DNA from: Octopus bimaculoides
Lineage: Eukaryota
Reading direction: 5' to 3'
Length of the DNA: 64,000 nt
NCBI RefSeq assembly: GCF_001194135.2
Contig: NC_068983.1
Location: 78,303,639-78,367,638 of the forward strand
Shown here: piece after piece, positions 62,750 to 64,000 of the stretch
Position numbering within the stretch: the stretch's first letter is position 1
Layout of the letters: each line of letters opens with the position of its first letter
Notes under the pieces: generated by a model
The model's input: only the letters and a program-made list of their open reading frames with translations
Database searches by the model: none
What the model was told of the DNA's origin: nothing
Position numbers and translations under genes: made by a program

Positions 62750-63095
62750 GAAATATTTTTTAATGGATGTAATTTTAATGTATTAAGTGATTAATATTTT
62801 ACAAATAATTATTCTCCTGTCCGTCTTTATAAACTTTTTTGATTTAAGGTTTTCTTCGATTTTATAAAATGATTTTATACTGAATTTTGTTCATTACATG
62901 CAACCAGTCATTGTAAAAATCGTTAGTCGAAAGGACCAATGAAACAAAACCATTTTTAAATGTGTATCCATTAAAGTAATTGTATATGTTTGCTAATCAC
63001 CTTATCTTAATACCATTCTAAATAAAACTGTCTGACGAACAGGAACATGAAACTCTGAGTAACAGTGTCTGTGATATTTTGCTGCTTTTTAATAT
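62750..63095 (+). mobile_element. Probable Penelope-like 3' end carrying the 63027 HHR
   Basis: AT-rich segment between (TA)n tracts ending shortly after an HHR; assignment inferred from the known PLE-HHR association. Confidence 0.4.
63027..63066 (+). ncRNA. Minimal type I hammerhead ribozyme motif, intact core
   Basis: ACTGT-CTGACGA-acaggaacat-GAAA-CTCTGAG-T-A-ACAGT: 5-bp stem I, CUGANGA, GAAA, near-palindromic helix III ACUCUGAGU, GUA cleavage triplet. Stem II is only about 1 bp. Confidence 0.7.
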
Positions 63096-64000
63096 ATATA
63101 TATATTCATATGTGTGTGTATATATCGAGGTAAAAAATAAACACTGAATGTATTAGGTTAATGTTCAGGAAATGGGAAATGAGATAGAAATGTCTCTAAC
63201 CTTTCGAATATACACTCTCTTTCTGAAAGAAGGTATAGATGAGGATAAAAAGAGAAAAGCAGATAAGGAAAACAGAAAAGGAACACATGTGTATACAACA
63301 GTTATAGCTTGCTGAAATCATAACTGTCACAGCAATGCTTAATTAAGTACATTTGTTGGTTTTGCACAGAATGTGTCAAATATATTGTAAATGCTCAGCT
63401 TTTGATAAACTAAACCTACTGTCTCTTGAAAACCTTTGGAATGTGTATGCAATCTATTTTTAAGAAAATGTATGTGCAAATATGCATATATTTTGATAGC
63501 TTTGAATACATATAGATGTACAATATTTGTGAAATTAGGCAGTGCATTCATTGTAGAAAATAACATAATGTGGAAAAATGAGTGAATCACAACATACTGT
63601 ACACATTAAAAGTAATCAAACTTTATAATATTTGAGTGATAAATATAATTTGCTTATTTTCTTGTTATATTAGAAGCTTTATTTATATCTTCATACTTTG
63701 ATTAGTAACTTTGGTTATGCACATTTTTCAGCAACACCTACCAATTGGAAAATCAAAAAATTCATATATACAAGCCAAAATGTTGTAATCAGCACAAATA
63801 TTTTCCTTATTTATGTATCAAGGCTACTATTGGCTTCATGTTAAGAACAATATCTTACTATTTTAACAAGTTTTCGAACTTATCACATGGAGGGATGGTG
63901 TTTGTCTCCATATCCAAAATTGAAACATTGTTAAGATATTAATATATTTCTTTTAACCTTAAACCAATGGTAGCCTTAATACACAAATAAAGAAATATAT

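Overview
AT-rich eukaryotic genomic DNA, dominated by microsatellites and transposon remnants, with seven N gaps. The repeat landscape resembles a coleoid cephalopod (Octopus-like); this is inference, not a database result. There is no prokaryotic-type system, CRISPR array, rRNA or tRNA gene. Most ORFs in the supplied track are microsatellite noise. What I can support: (1) a sparse, minus-strand, multi-exon protein-coding gene of unrecognised identity, built by hand from splice signals and frame compatibility (candidate exons from about 54.5 kb down to 4.4 kb, CpG-richer promoter-like region near 60.85 kb with E2F- and NRF1-like motifs); (2) four decayed mariner elements, two foldback MITE-like elements, six R4/Dong-like LINE fragments mostly abutting (TAA)n tracts, RTE 3' ends, tRNA-type SINEs, and CR1-like, Gypsy and Penelope remnants; (3) the most notable signal: several type I hammerhead ribozyme (HHR) motifs in short Penelope-like/retrozyme-like elements. 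These include one with an intact catalytic core (63027-63066), one at the boundary of a direct-plus-inverted repeat unit (62006-62068), and inverted pairs at 47.5-48.2 kb. A second lead is a well-signalled, phase-compatible exon carrying a single in-frame UAG (41249-41339), which is either a poison exon or an A-to-I stop-recoding target. All gene and ribozyme calls are manual and need RNA-seq, covariance-model or cleavage tests.
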